From: a virus
Virus record (IMG/VR): IMGVR_UViG_3300032285_001177
DNA length: 64,000 nt
Strand: one strand, 5' to 3'
The notes beneath the pieces were generated by a model that was not told the DNA's origin, did no database searches, and was given only the letters and a program-made list of their open reading frames with translations. Every line of letters begins with the position of its first letter. The first letter of the stretch is position 1. Shown here piece after piece: positions 7,729-17,244 of the stretch. The position numbers were made by a program, and so were the translations under genes.

Positions 7729-10233
7729 TTATCCAAAAAATGATTCGAGCGATGCCTTCTCTTCAGCATGCCAACCTAGAGGTTCAATGACAATTTGTAA
7801 GGCATCTAGGAATACCTTCTCAAACTGTAGATCATAATCGATGTAGTCATCAAGCTCAAACTCTTTAGGCAATACACTGTTGAATGAGATGATGTTTTCG
7901 TTTATTGGGTTTGGTGTACGTAGATACACAAACTTAATCTTGTTACCGTTGGTGATAGGTTCATACTTACGTGTAAGACCTTTCATCTTAAGATAGTGAT
8001 TGAAGAGTAATGCGCCACGAACTTGGATCGGTGTACCTTTCTTGTAGATAGGTGTACCACTATATTCTTTTAAGGAAGATACCGATCTAGGAAATGCGAC
8101 ATCAGCAACAGAGAGCGCCGTGAAATCCCTCTTGAATTCTTTGACGAATGTCTGAAGTGCCCTTTGGTCTTGATGGAGGATGACCTCCAACGCATCTTTG
8201 AGTTTCTTGCGGACAACAGCAGGTGTCGACGATTTAACCATTTCAAGGCCCATAACTTTAATCTTAGGTTTCGCATACTGCACTCCTTCGGAATTGTGTA
8301 CGTTTAATACGTATCGTTTCTTGGCAACCCATATTGCCTTATCAGCTAACACTTCTCGTTTCATCTGCATCTTTTGTGCATAAGCATTCATGTATGTTGC
8401 AAGTTCTTGGTATCCACCATCAATGAATGGTTGGATGACTTGTTCACATGTTTTATCCATGAATTTAATCTTATCTTCAGTAGATTTACCAGCACATACC
8501 TTCTCAACTAGATTCTCAAGTGATAGGTAGATTGAATCGGTATCGATAGCGATCACATAGTCCTTATCTTCTGTCTTCATCGTTTTGTTCATGAAGCCAT
8601 TAAGTTTATTGGCCATCCAACGGATAGACAGTTGACCCGATATGGTGATACCTTCGGCAATACGTAGATCATAATATCTAAAGTGCTTATTACCAATAGC
8701 GCCGTAAGCCGAATTCAGTGCGATCTTCATAGCCATCTGTAGGTTCTTGAGACGAGAGATGTCTTTGACCAACTGTGGATCTTTGTTATGTTCGTACTCT
8801 TGTTCTGCCTTTAGCATCTGCTTCTTAAACTTAGAACGATTATTGTACACCTCTTCCATCAATGCTGGTAAGAAACCTTTGTTTTCTTTTGTATAGCACC
8901 AGCCATTTGCTGCCATAGCCAATCCAACAGGAACATTAATAGGTGTGTTATCCAATAATTCAGATACATTCGTCTTAATCTGTGTATTAGTTAGAGTCTC
9001 AGAACTCATGTTATATTGCATGATAAGATGTGGATATAGCGAGTTTAAGTCAAACGATGCAACCCACTTATGAGGACCTGTTATAGGATCTTTAACATAT
9101 GCGCCTTCAAACTCAGATGTTTTAAAGTTTTTAGACTTAACTGGTATAGCTATATTCCTATCATTTAGATAATTATAGATGATCATATCCCACATTCTAA
9201 CAGGAGAATATACATCTGAATAATTAATCTTAGCTGAATATGCCAGAGTAAAACACAATTCCATCAACTTCATCTTATCTTCAAGTTCATCTACGAGTTC
9301 TACATCATGGATATTATAGTCAACAAACTTATTCCACTCTTTAGTATAGAATTCTTTAAAGTTGTCATATGGATTCTCTAACTTCTTTTTGCCCAACTCG
9401 ATGTGTGCAATATAATCTAACTTGTACGATTCTTGATTTGTATATGTAAACTTCTTATATAGATCTAAGTAATCGATGATATCAAGACCGCGTATGTCAT
9501 ATTCGATATATGTTGCGCCATTCTTTTGTACAGCACTCTTACGTATCATCTTTTCAAAGCCATATCGTTCACCCCATGGAGATAAGAATGATGCAGCTTT
9601 CTCACCCAAGACTCGACATATTCTATTCACTAAATATGGCATATCAAAGAAGTTGATGTTCCAACCAGTAACAGCATCAGGATAGTTCTTATTCCACCAT
9701 TGGAGGAATGTACCTAGCATCTGACGTTCGTCTGCACACTGAATATAGCGAACATCGCTACGTGTAGTGGCATAAGGTTTGCAACCAAAAGTTACAATCT
9801 GTTTATGATTGTTATCTTTAACAGTGATAAGTAAGATCTCTTCATTTGCTGTGGAGATATCTGGGAAACCTTCTTCAGTTGAAGTCTCGATATCTAATGA
9901 GAATAGTTTAATTTTATCAATATCCCATTTAACTTCTTTAGGATAATTGTCTGTTATATATTGATAGCGAAACTGTACATTACCCCAATATGACATGCCA
10001 TGTACTCCATCTCGTTCTTTTATAAACGTATATGCAGCATTTATATCTTCAAACACTCTAGGTTTAACCTTAATACCTTCGAGTGTATTCCAAGAATCAT
10101 CAGATGGATTTTGATCTTGTTCATATAGAGTAGGACTAAAATCAATCCTTTCCATTATACGGCGGCCATTTTGGATATGACGAACGAGCAAGAAGTTGCC
10201 CTGTTGGATAACATTTGTATAGAAGTTTGTCAT
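7729..10233 (-). CDS. 43: Family B DNA polymerase (T4 gp43)
   Basis: ExoI DIET, FDLNSLYP, KIALNSAYG, IDTDS, KKRY. Confidence 0.97.
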   Translation of the reverse strand: MTNFYTNVIQQGNFLLVRHIQNGRRIMERIDFSPTLYEQDQNPSDDSWNTLEGIKVKPRVFEDINAAYTFIKERDGVHGMSYWGNVQFRYQYITDNYPKEVKWDIDKIKLFSLDIETSTEEGFPDISTANEEILLITVKDNNHKQIVTFGCKPYATTRSDVRYIQCADERQMLGTFLQWWNKNYPDAVTGWNINFFDMPYLVNRICRVLGEKAASFLSPWGERYGFEKMIRKSAVQKNGATYIEYDIRGLDIIDYLDLYKKFTYTNQESYKLDYIAHIELGKKKLENPYDNFKEFYTKEWNKFVDYNIHDVELVDELEDKMKLMELCFTLAYSAKINYSDVYSPVRMWDMIIYNYLNDRNIAIPVKSKNFKTSEFEGAYVKDPITGPHKWVASFDLNSLYPHLIMQYNMSSETLTNTQIKTNVSELLDNTPINVPVGLAMAANGWCYTKENKGFLPALMEEVYNNRSKFKKQMLKAEQEYEHNKDPQLVKDISRLKNLQMAMKIALNSAYGAIGNKHFRYYDLRIAEGITISGQLSIRWMANKLNGFMNKTMKTEDKDYVIAIDTDSIYLSLENLVEKVCAGKSTEDKIKFMDKTCEQVIQPFIDGGYQELATYMNAYAQKMQMKREVLADKAIWVAKKRYVLNVHNSEGVQYAKPKIKVMGLEMVKSSTPAVVRKKLKDALEVILHQDQRALQTFVKEFKRDFTALSVADVAFPRSVSSLKEYSGTPIYKKGTPIQVRGALLFNHYLKMKGLTRKYEPITNGNKIKFVYLRTPNPINENIISFNSVLPKEFELDDYIDYDLQFEKVFLDALQIVIEPLGWHAEEKASLESFFG

Positions 10234-10239
10234 ATTGTT

Positions 10240-10268
10240 ATTATACCACGTAGATTAATTAATGTAAA
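10240..10268 (-). promoter_or_regulatory. Early-type promoter of gp43 (predicted leaderless transcript)
   Basis: TTTACA-17 bp-TATAAT; ATG 6 nt downstream, no SD. Confidence 0.75.
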
Positions 10269-10269
10269 A

Positions 10270-10476
10270 TTACCAATGATGAAGGATGCCCATAATAATG
10301 AATATGCATGTGATGAAGTTTACTGCTGCAATGATAGTTCTAAATAAGGCTATCGTATCAGCTTCCTGATCTGTGCTGCCAGCTTTTTCGCCTAATGCTT
10401 TAGCCCATAATCTCCAAAGCGTTTTATGTTTTGGAGGAGCATCAAGGAAATCATGTTCCAGATTGATCACTCTCAC
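10270..10476 (-). CDS. Small membrane protein
   Basis: C-terminal hydrophobic helix. Confidence 0.6.
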   Translation of the reverse strand: MRVINLEHDFLDAPPKHKTLWRLWAKALGEKAGSTDQEADTIALFRTIIAAVNFITCIFIIMGILHHW

Positions 10477-10795
10477 GCTCCTGTTTTGCCATCTCTTTAA
10501 CTACATCTGCAAACTTTGGTTGGCCTTCAAGATTAATATGATGTGGATTAACTGGTGGAGGATTATCGATTAGATCTTGTACAAGGTTAATAACATCTTG
10601 TAAGTTCTTAATCTCAAAGTCTCTCATGTCTGGAAACTTGATTTGCATAATGCCTTCAGCTTCAAACACAATATCTAATAGATCTAAAGAGTCAATATCA
10701 AGCGCCTCAAGTGTTGCGCTTGGTATAAATTCTGCTTCTGATTTAATAATCTTCTTTTTTAAGAGGATGTCTTTAATTATTTGTTCCGCATTCAT
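10451..10795 (-). CDS. Acyl carrier protein-like
   Basis: LDIDSLDLLDIVFEAE: DSL phosphopantetheine site followed by helix II. Confidence 0.75.
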   Translation of the reverse strand: MNAEQIIKDILLKKKIIKSEAEFIPSATLEALDIDSLDLLDIVFEAEGIMQIKFPDMRDFEIKNLQDVINLVQDLIDNPPPVNPHHINLEGQPKFADVVKEMAKQERESDQSGT

Positions 10796-10974
10796 TTTAA
10801 TTCCTTATAGTATTTTATTACTTTATCAAGTGCTGGTACAATATCAGCATCAGTTAAGATAGGATGTTCATAGTCTTCTATACCATTTATAACTGACAAC
10901 CTATATTTTATGATCTCGCCCTTTTGGCATTCGAGATCATCTATTACAATTTGATTTATGGTTGGTCTTGTCAC
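10792..10974 (-). CDS. Hypothetical protein
   Basis: ATGA overlaps with both neighbours. Confidence 0.55.
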   Translation of the reverse strand: MTRPTINQIVIDDLECQKGEIIKYRLSVINGIEDYEHPILTDADIVPALDKVIKYYKELK

Positions 10975-12254
10975 TTTATACTCCCAGACGAATCTGCTTT
11001 ATCTTTGTCTTCACGGATCTCCACAAAGATTGGGAGGAATAAACTCTCACCTTCGTGTTTGCTCCTAATACGAGCGTTGTACTTGACAGCCACCACCTTA
11101 CCGAGGACATCTTGCTTTTTAATCTTCTTGCGATCTTCATCGTTAAACCCACTCCCTACTTTAACTTTAATAATACCATCCTCTGATTCACAGACGAGGG
11201 CTCCCAACATGCCTTCATATTTACCGGTGCCGTCTTCAACGTCGACGATCTTCAAATCACATTCTAACTCACCTTTAAACTTAATCAGTGCCTTAGATCT
11301 TTTATTTTCCCAAGGAGCGTTCATATCTTTAAGTATGATGCCTTCCTCACCTTGGTCATAGTACTCTTTAAACTTAGCTTGTGCTTCATCGATATTCTCT
11401 ACGATAACGCTTGGAACTAATTCGATCTTTTTAGGGAAATCAATTCCCCATTGAAACTTTTTAAATCGTTCTTTATATGATGTAGGACAATGTCCATCAA
11501 TAAAATACATATAAGGTATCACATCCCATATTGTAGCGTAAACCATGCTTGCTTCAGCATCTGATATGGTGCCTTTGCTTGCTTTATTTAGAATACCATT
11601 GCCAGTTTGTCTGTTCAGTGTAAGACCCGCATCTTTAACGATAAGCTCGCCATCAAATACTGTATCAATACCGTTAGACATATGTATAAATTCTTTTTCA
11701 AGGTGACCTAACAAGTCGATCGTCTTACCATTGCGAGACTTGAATTCACATTGACCATCGCGAACTATAGCGTTGAACCGCATTCCATCCATCTTTAATT
11801 GTACCATTGCTGGCCATTGGATCTTGTCAATAAGCTTCTGATCGAACTGAGATGCTAACATACATGGATAGTCAACGACTAATCCAAGCCATACATCATT
11901 TGCTGTAGCAGTTGATACACCACATTTCAGGTCCTTGGCTATGATGCGTTCAAGCACCTTAGCATTTTTCGGAGAGAGTGATTCAAGGACCTGAGTGAGG
12001 TGTTCTATCGCAGCATTACCAGTTACAGCACGGCTGCTTAACTCAAACAGTTGATCCATGGCATGAAGTAGACAACCACTCCCAGTTGCTTCATACTTCG
12101 GGATCTTTCTAATGTAGAACTGCGTAAACGGATCCAATGCTAATCGAACAACTTCACGCAGTGCTTTGTTATTCTCATGCTCTTGCAGCTTGGCTATCTT
12201 ATAGTTCCTCGAAGGGTTAGCCGCAAGATCTTCTAAAATATCATATACTTCCAT
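10971..12254 (-). CDS. 30: ATP-dependent DNA ligase (T4 gp30)
   Basis: KMDGMR, FDGEL, EGIILK, KVGSGF, LFLPIF. Confidence 0.95.
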   Translation of the reverse strand: MEVYDILEDLAANPSRNYKIAKLQEHENNKALREVVRLALDPFTQFYIRKIPKYEATGSGCLLHAMDQLFELSSRAVTGNAAIEHLTQVLESLSPKNAKVLERIIAKDLKCGVSTATANDVWLGLVVDYPCMLASQFDQKLIDKIQWPAMVQLKMDGMRFNAIVRDGQCEFKSRNGKTIDLLGHLEKEFIHMSNGIDTVFDGELIVKDAGLTLNRQTGNGILNKASKGTISDAEASMVYATIWDVIPYMYFIDGHCPTSYKERFKKFQWGIDFPKKIELVPSVIVENIDEAQAKFKEYYDQGEEGIILKDMNAPWENKRSKALIKFKGELECDLKIVDVEDGTGKYEGMLGALVCESEDGIIKVKVGSGFNDEDRKKIKKQDVLGKVVAVKYNARIRSKHEGESLFLPIFVEIREDKDKADSSGSIK

Positions 12255-12488
12255 CTACACCCATTCTTCTGGATTAATTTGTAAATTTTTGCCGATGCTC
12301 TTCATCATCTCGTCAACTATCTCAGTCATAAGATCATAGTCATCAAAGCCTTCGTCGTTGAATACTTCTGTTAGACGTTCATTAATCATATCTATAACAT
12401 CATCAGTAAAGTTACCTGAATGACTGTCAACGAAGTCCTTAACTAGATGTGATCGGTCTTCTTCAAACATTTCAAGTTGCTTAGCCAT
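12255..12488 (-). CDS. Acidic hypothetical protein
   Basis: ORF with AGGAG SD before MAKQL. Confidence 0.6.
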   Translation of the reverse strand: MAKQLEMFEEDRSHLVKDFVDSHSGNFTDDVIDMINERLTEVFNDEGFDDYDLMTEIVDEMMKSIGKNLQINPEEWV

Positions 12489-12489
12489 A

Positions 12490-12771
12490 TTATCTCCTAT
12501 AGATATAAACATCTAACATTGAAGCGTTCTTGATACCACCTACGATATTACCGGCCCAATCGTATGACACTGGATTGAACGAGCCACGATGAAAGTATCC
12601 ACCTGGAACTGGCATCTTTTTGATTGGTTTACGACCGCGAAGTACAACACGCTTTTTGTTTGTACGATTTTCGTTTGTGATAGCCACAGCTTGCTTGATG
12701 ATGTTTAACTTTTCCATGTCGGCTGCTGAGTTAACGTCAACTGTCATTACATAGCTTTTAGAGGTTCTCAT
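12490..12771 (-). CDS. Hypothetical early protein
   Basis: ORF with SD; TAATG overlap. Confidence 0.6.
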   Translation of the reverse strand: MRTSKSYVMTVDVNSAADMEKLNIIKQAVAITNENRTNKKRVVLRGRKPIKKMPVPGGYFHRGSFNPVSYDWAGNIVGGIKNASMLDVYIYRR

Positions 12772-12974
12772 TATGCAGCCTCCTTACCATAAAACATCTC
12801 TTGAAAGCCACTGAAGGCGATATAGAAACTACGAACTAGGTAAACGTCAGGTTCATCTAGTAAGTTTTCTTTAAGGTAAATCATAGCTTCGAGGAAGCCA
12901 CCATTATGAAAACGGTTGGCATACTTTTGGATATAATCCAAAGCTTCTGTGGTTGTGATATTTATTGTAGTCAT
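12771..12974 (-). CDS. Hypothetical early protein
   Basis: AAGGAGAG SD; promoter at 13003. Confidence 0.6.
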   Translation of the reverse strand: MTTINITTTEALDYIQKYANRFHNGGFLEAMIYLKENLLDEPDVYLVRSFYIAFSGFQEMFYGKEAA

Positions 12975-13002
12975 TAATCTCTCTCCTTATTAATATAGAA
13001 CC

Positions 13003-13031
13003 ATTATATCAAATAATGCATTTAATGTACA
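13003..13031 (-). promoter_or_regulatory. Early-type promoter
   Basis: TGTACA-17 bp-TATAAT. Confidence 0.8.
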
Positions 13032-13034
13032 TGC

Positions 13035-13160
13035 TTATTTGTGATAATTATCACTTTTTAATGTCACGGTTTTGCGGCCAACTGAGGCTACATAGCCACG
13101 CTTGGAGAAGGTTTTTTGATGATATTTAGGTTCAATGTAAGGTAAAATTGTGATTTTCAT
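13035..13160 (-). CDS. 41-aa hypothetical early protein
   Basis: MKITILPYIEPKYHQK...; AAAGG SD; lies between two promoters; not in the ORF track. Confidence 0.5.
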   Translation of the reverse strand: MKITILPYIEPKYHQKTFSKRGYVASVGRKTVTLKSDNYHK

Positions 13161-13191
13161 AATATAGTGCCTTTCTTAAGTATATAAGATC

Positions 13192-13220
13192 ATTATACCA
13201 GAAAGTCTATTTAATGTACA
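13192..13220 (-). promoter_or_regulatory. Early-type promoter
   Basis: TGTACA-17 bp-TATAAT. Confidence 0.8.
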
Positions 13221-13239
13221 TCTTTATTTTATCTATATG

Positions 13240-13274
13240 GATCAATAACTTGCATAATATATAAGTCTTTGATT
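13240..13274. promoter_or_regulatory. Pair of IHF-consensus sites
   Basis: GATCAATAACTTG (+, one mismatch) and AATCAAAGACTTA (-, exact) versus WATCAANNNNTTR. Confidence 0.55.
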
Positions 13275-13344
13275 TATATAGACAATCTCTGGGAGCAGTC
13301 CGGGTGCGCCCAGGATCATCTTTTAATATGGATATATGGTAATA

Positions 13345-13515
13345 CTAAACGCAGTCAGAATACGCTGCCATCATGCGTCTATTGGCTAAAATCTTTTCTT
13401 CAGGGGTTAACTCAGGCTTTACTTGCTTTGCTTCAAATACCGTGGTTACTTTTTCGTCGACGACAACCACATCGTCTTGTAATTTAAACTCCATTGCTTT
13501 TTCCTTTTGGGACAT
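13345..13515 (-). CDS. Small hypothetical protein
   Basis: MSQKEKAMEFKLQDDV...; TAATG coupling; not in the ORF track. Confidence 0.5.
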   Translation of the reverse strand: MSQKEKAMEFKLQDDVVVVDEKVTTVFEAKQVKPELTPEEKILANRRMMAAYSDCV

Positions 13516-13661
13516 TATTCTTGCGGCTTTTGGCCGTTATTATTTATGTACTTGTATAGTTTACACTGCCACGCAAACCTTTTGGGTTCGGTGTCAGGAT
13601 TTGCTAGGCGTTCACCAAAGAAGTTGACCATCCCGTTCCAAATGTTTTCCCACTCGTCCAT
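13515..13661 (-). CDS. 48-aa hypothetical protein
   Basis: MDEWENIWNGMVNFFG...; TAATG overlaps at both ends. Confidence 0.55.
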   Translation of the reverse strand: MDEWENIWNGMVNFFGERLANPDTEPKRFAWQCKLYKYINNNGQKPQE

Positions 13662-14230
13662 TAATCCCACAAGTTCCTATAGTATTTTCCAAATAGCATC
13701 AACCCGTGTTGGATCCTAGCTTCTTCTTTTTGCCATTCTTCTTTTAACCATGTGCGATCACGATAAAATGGTTCTTCCCAATCATCTTTATTTAGCTGCT
13801 CAAAGGCGTAGATCATCTCATCCATCACCCAATCCCAACGTTTGAAATGGTTACCATCGGTATCCCAATCATTTTCCTTTGCAGCTTGTGCTTCAGGCGT
13901 GGTGCTTCGTAGATGTTCAGGTACATCTACATCATCACAATATGGAGCTCCGTGTTTTTCAATCCTCAACTGCTTAAGCATAGGTAAGATGATAGGTGAT
14001 AGTGTGCTATCCATGTTCCATGTATCGTACCTATCGATCTTAATGTAGTTGATACGAGGATGTACAAAGTCCCATATCTTTTGCACTACTTGCATGACAG
14101 GTTCTAATACTGTATTTGTGCGTTTAACCCATGGTTCATCATAGTCGATCTCACGCCAAAAGCAAATCTTTTCACAGATGGTGTAAGGACTGATCCAATG
14201 GTCTCTGTACTTGCTGATGTATACTTTCAT
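13661..14230 (-). CDS. Trp-rich phage hypothetical protein
   Basis: Start MKVYIS coupled to the upstream stop; ends FGKYYRNLWD. Confidence 0.7.
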   Translation of the reverse strand: MKVYISKYRDHWISPYTICEKICFWREIDYDEPWVKRTNTVLEPVMQVVQKIWDFVHPRINYIKIDRYDTWNMDSTLSPIILPMLKQLRIEKHGAPYCDDVDVPEHLRSTTPEAQAAKENDWDTDGNHFKRWDWVMDEMIYAFEQLNKDDWEEPFYRDRTWLKEEWQKEEARIQHGLMLFGKYYRNLWD

Positions 14231-14394
14231 TAGTGTATGCTTGGTATTAAAAGTTCTGCTGTTAAGTTCCACTCTTCAACCTTAGCACCACGCGGTACAT
14301 CGATGCCTTCGATGATAGCTTTTGAAACAAAGGCCATCAGTAGTTGGTTATAGAGTTCGTCTGGTATTTCATTGATATCTAATTTAATCTTCAC
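14230..14394 (-). CDS. 54-aa hypothetical protein (GTG start)
   Basis: GGAG SD; fills the gap; coupled stop/start. Confidence 0.5.
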   Translation of the reverse strand: MKIKLDINEIPDELYNQLLMAFVSKAIIEGIDVPRGAKVEEWNLTAELLIPSIH

Positions 14395-15165
14395 TTATAT
14401 CTCCATAAATTTTAATTTAAAAGATCCGTGTTGAGATTCTTTTGGATATCCACGTGGATTACACACTATGTTAGTGATACCTATCGTGTAATCAAATTCA
14501 TCGTGCATATGACCATGGACCCACAACTTTATCTTATCAGCAAGCTCCATCATGAAGTCGAGCTCAGAGTGGAATGCACCGTTCATAAGCTTATCATGTT
14601 TATATCTAGGATGGATGCTCTTATTAGATGGAGCATGATGAGATACTACGATCACATCTTTATCTTTACTATTTTCTATAACGTGCTGGATGTACTTAAC
14701 AGCTTTATCGTGTTCTCTAGTAGATTGAAGCGGAGTTAACTTATAGTAATTAACGCTATCGTTATACTTAACGATCCTAAAATCAGGCATAAATTGCTCG
14801 GCTTGAGCCATCGTTTCATAGCAGCCTTTGTTCATGTCCGTCCATAGAGTAGAGCCCACAAAAACTTTATCATTAAGCTCAAAAGTTTCATTATCAAGTA
14901 CATGGATATTCTCCCATACAGCTAATGCTTCTTTAAGATCCTTGACAGTATTATTAAACGTATAGTTGTAGTGCTCGTGGTTACCTACCACATACACCAC
15001 ATGTTTAAACTGTTCTGCACACCCTTTAAAAAAATCTAAATAATTAGTGATGTGTTTAACCACACAGATATCACCTGCGAGAATAAGCACATCAGCGTTC
15101 TCGGTATTAGTTAGTTTAAGCGGGACAAATTCAAGATGCAGATCAGACGCGATCGCTATCTTCAT
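14395..15165 (-). CDS. Calcineurin-like metallophosphoesterase
   Basis: SDLH, AGD, GNHE, HHAP, HGHMH, NPRGY. Confidence 0.9.
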   Translation of the reverse strand: MKIAIASDLHLEFVPLKLTNTENADVLILAGDICVVKHITNYLDFFKGCAEQFKHVVYVVGNHEHYNYTFNNTVKDLKEALAVWENIHVLDNETFELNDKVFVGSTLWTDMNKGCYETMAQAEQFMPDFRIVKYNDSVNYYKLTPLQSTREHDKAVKYIQHVIENSKDKDVIVVSHHAPSNKSIHPRYKHDKLMNGAFHSELDFMMELADKIKLWVHGHMHDEFDYTIGITNIVCNPRGYPKESQHGSFKLKFMEI

Positions 15166-15431
15166 TTTATCTGACCTTCATGAACCATCTCTTCGAATAG
15201 ATTCCATAGTGCATCAAACCTATCGTTATAGTAATCTATTAAATGATCGATCTGTCTGTTGTTGATACCATTAATGCCACGATTTATTGACTTAAGATCA
15301 TCGATGATATTAGCAAACTTAATTAGTTCTTGCTCAAAGTCAAAGCGATCTTGTTTTGGAGGAGGGAAGTTAGTGTTGATTAAGTTCTCTGCCTCTTCTA
15401 GCTCAATAGCTAGTTGTTTCATTTTGCCCAT
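15162..15431 (-). CDS. Hypothetical protein
   Basis: Likely start MGKMK. Confidence 0.55.
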   Translation of the reverse strand: MGKMKQLAIELEEAENLINTNFPPPKQDRFDFEQELIKFANIIDDLKSINRGINGINNRQIDHLIDYYNDRFDALWNLFEEMVHEGQIK

Positions 15432-15628
15432 GATACTAACCCCACTACTAATATAATTAAACCAATTGCTATACATATACCGCAAAAGTTTATATCTTCT
15501 TTATGCATAGGTCGATAGTCACCGATACCTGCTTCGCGTGCTGTGCGTGGAAATCTCCAATTATTTGGATCTCGATTTACGTCTCGATGTCCACCCCAAT
15601 TATCTGTTCTATCGTCTCTCCAACCCAT
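15419..15628 (-). CDS. Small membrane protein
   Basis: AGGAG SD; C-terminal transmembrane helix. Confidence 0.6.
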   Translation of the reverse strand: MGWRDDRTDNWGGHRDVNRDPNNWRFPRTAREAGIGDYRPMHKEDINFCGICIAIGLIILVVGLVSWAK

Positions 15629-15637
15629 TACTTTCTC

Positions 15638-15790
15638 CTATTTTTTTAAACAAGACCACTTAGCTTCGTGCTTAGTAAATTCCCATATCCTTGTACCAGC
15701 GATCTGACAGTTCTCTCTTGTCTCGAACTGTTCTATAGTTAGCTGTTGTCCAGGTGTATAGTAGATACTAAATACAATTAAAACCCACAT
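15638..15790 (-). CDS. 50-aa hypothetical protein
   Basis: MWVLIVFS...FETRENC...C; TAATG coupling. Confidence 0.5.
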   Translation of the reverse strand: MWVLIVFSIYYTPGQQLTIEQFETRENCQIAGTRIWEFTKHEAKWSCLKK

Positions 15791-16149
15791 TACCCGCGCC
15801 TCATCTTACTGATATCGACAGCGTCCTCAGGTGAAAAGATCGGCACAGCATTAGATTTATGTAGTTGACCAATACCGATCATAGCGTCACCAGTATACTG
15901 CATTACGGGCTTTTTACCAGTCCCGCCTGCTCCAGTATCCAAACTAGGTATATGCTTAGTGCTACGGCTAGGGTCCACGATAACACGAGGATGATCCAAG
16001 CTGATAACACGGGATGGTTTTTGTACCACCGTTTTAATAGGTTTAATATCATATTTGTCCAATAATGCTTGCCATGAAGCCTTTTGTGCCCGTTGCTTGG
16101 CATTTGGCTTTTTAGGCTTGCGCTTAGGTATATAAGGATGAATTATCAT
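15790..16149 (-). CDS. Phage hypothetical protein (HKSNAVP motif)
   Basis: YTG...GIGQLHKSNAVPI; ATG 7 nt after a -10 box. Confidence 0.7.
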   Translation of the reverse strand: MIIHPYIPKRKPKKPNAKQRAQKASWQALLDKYDIKPIKTVVQKPSRVISLDHPRVIVDPSRSTKHIPSLDTGAGGTGKKPVMQYTGDAMIGIGQLHKSNAVPIFSPEDAVDISKMRRG

Positions 16150-16156
16150 AAGAACC

Positions 16157-16185
16157 ATTATACCCTAACTGCTATTTAATGTACA
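16157..16185 (-). promoter_or_regulatory. Early-type promoter
   Basis: TGTACA-17 bp-TATAAT. Confidence 0.8.
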
Positions 16186-16191
16186 TAGGCC

Positions 16192-17244
16192 CTATGCGAA
16201 AAAATCGGCCAGGCCCCCGGGGGCGGCCTTTGGGGTGTTCCAGTCCAGGCCCTGCCAATGGGGGTAGGAGGCCCTGGACAGGTGGACCGACTTTGGCTTC
16301 TCCATGTACTCGAAATCAAGCTCGCCAGCAGCATTGATCATATGGTCCACCCACTCATATACCGGGGCCCCCAGGCGGATAAGTTCTTCTTTAAAGATCT
16401 TACGAAGGTTATCACGTTCTTTTTGTGTACCAGTATATGCTACACCTTTGTAGTATCCAGTCTTTGGTAGTACACGAGACTCGTTCTCAATAGGTAACTG
16501 TTCCCATATTGTGACCTTAGCTCCGTACAGTTCTTCTATGCGTTTACATTCTTTAACATAACTAGCTGCAAGATCCTTTGTAGATTGTACAGGATCAGGC
16601 ATACGCATGAGGTGATGGCGTATATCGATGTTACCAAAGTAAACTTCTATCTCAGAGTACTTTCCTTCTGGAATAAACTTATCAAAACCCATCTTAATTG
16701 CGCCGTGTAATGTCTTAAACGGCGTGGAGACGTTCATCCAGCCTGGACGATACATGCAGATGGCATGAGAATCACCTATCGCAATCTTATCATAACGCTT
16801 GGCAAGATTTGGATCAAGCGTCTTTGCTTTTTGTTGTATGGCTTCAAGGTTACCCCAATCGATCTGTAACCAATCTTTATTTAGTTTCTTACCTTCCTTA
16901 CGGGCTTTGTCTACACGCGGATATAACATGCTATGATAATCTGGCATGTCGATAGCAAGAGACCATACTTCACCGTTAAAGTTAGATAGAGCTATGATGT
17001 AGTCTATGTTAGCATAGTTCTCCAACCCACCGAATAAGTTTAATGATCCACCCCAGTCATTACCATGATAGAGAGCAACTATATCAAACTCGTTATAGTC
17101 GTATAGCTGGTTACCAGTCATGTGTACAGTTACATCATAACCTGCATTTCGTAACTGATCCGCATAGATGATACCTTGTGCAGCTTTATGAGATGCGATC
17201 TTATTGGAAACTGGCGAGAGTGGCTGTGTGAGTAATACTTTCAT
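16192..17244 (-). CDS. Protein with C-terminal SGNH/GDSL-like domain (esterase or acyltransferase)
   Basis: IAIGDSHA (block I), YFGNID (block III-like), SVHL (block V-like). Confidence 0.55.
   Translation of the reverse strand: MKVLLTQPLSPVSNKIASHKAAQGIIYADQLRNAGYDVTVHMTGNQLYDYNEFDIVALYHGNDWGGSLNLFGGLENYANIDYIIALSNFNGEVWSLAIDMPDYHSMLYPRVDKARKEGKKLNKDWLQIDWGNLEAIQQKAKTLDPNLAKRYDKIAIGDSHAICMYRPGWMNVSTPFKTLHGAIKMGFDKFIPEGKYSEIEVYFGNIDIRHHLMRMPDPVQSTKDLAASYVKECKRIEELYGAKVTIWEQLPIENESRVLPKTGYYKGVAYTGTQKERDNLRKIFKEELIRLGAPVYEWVDHMINAAGELDFEYMEKPKSVHLSRASYPHWQGLDWNTPKAAPGGLADFFA

Noticed and set aside
13269-13719. Plus-strand ORFs in the apparent gap
   Set aside because: The gap is filled by two coupled minus-strand small ORFs.
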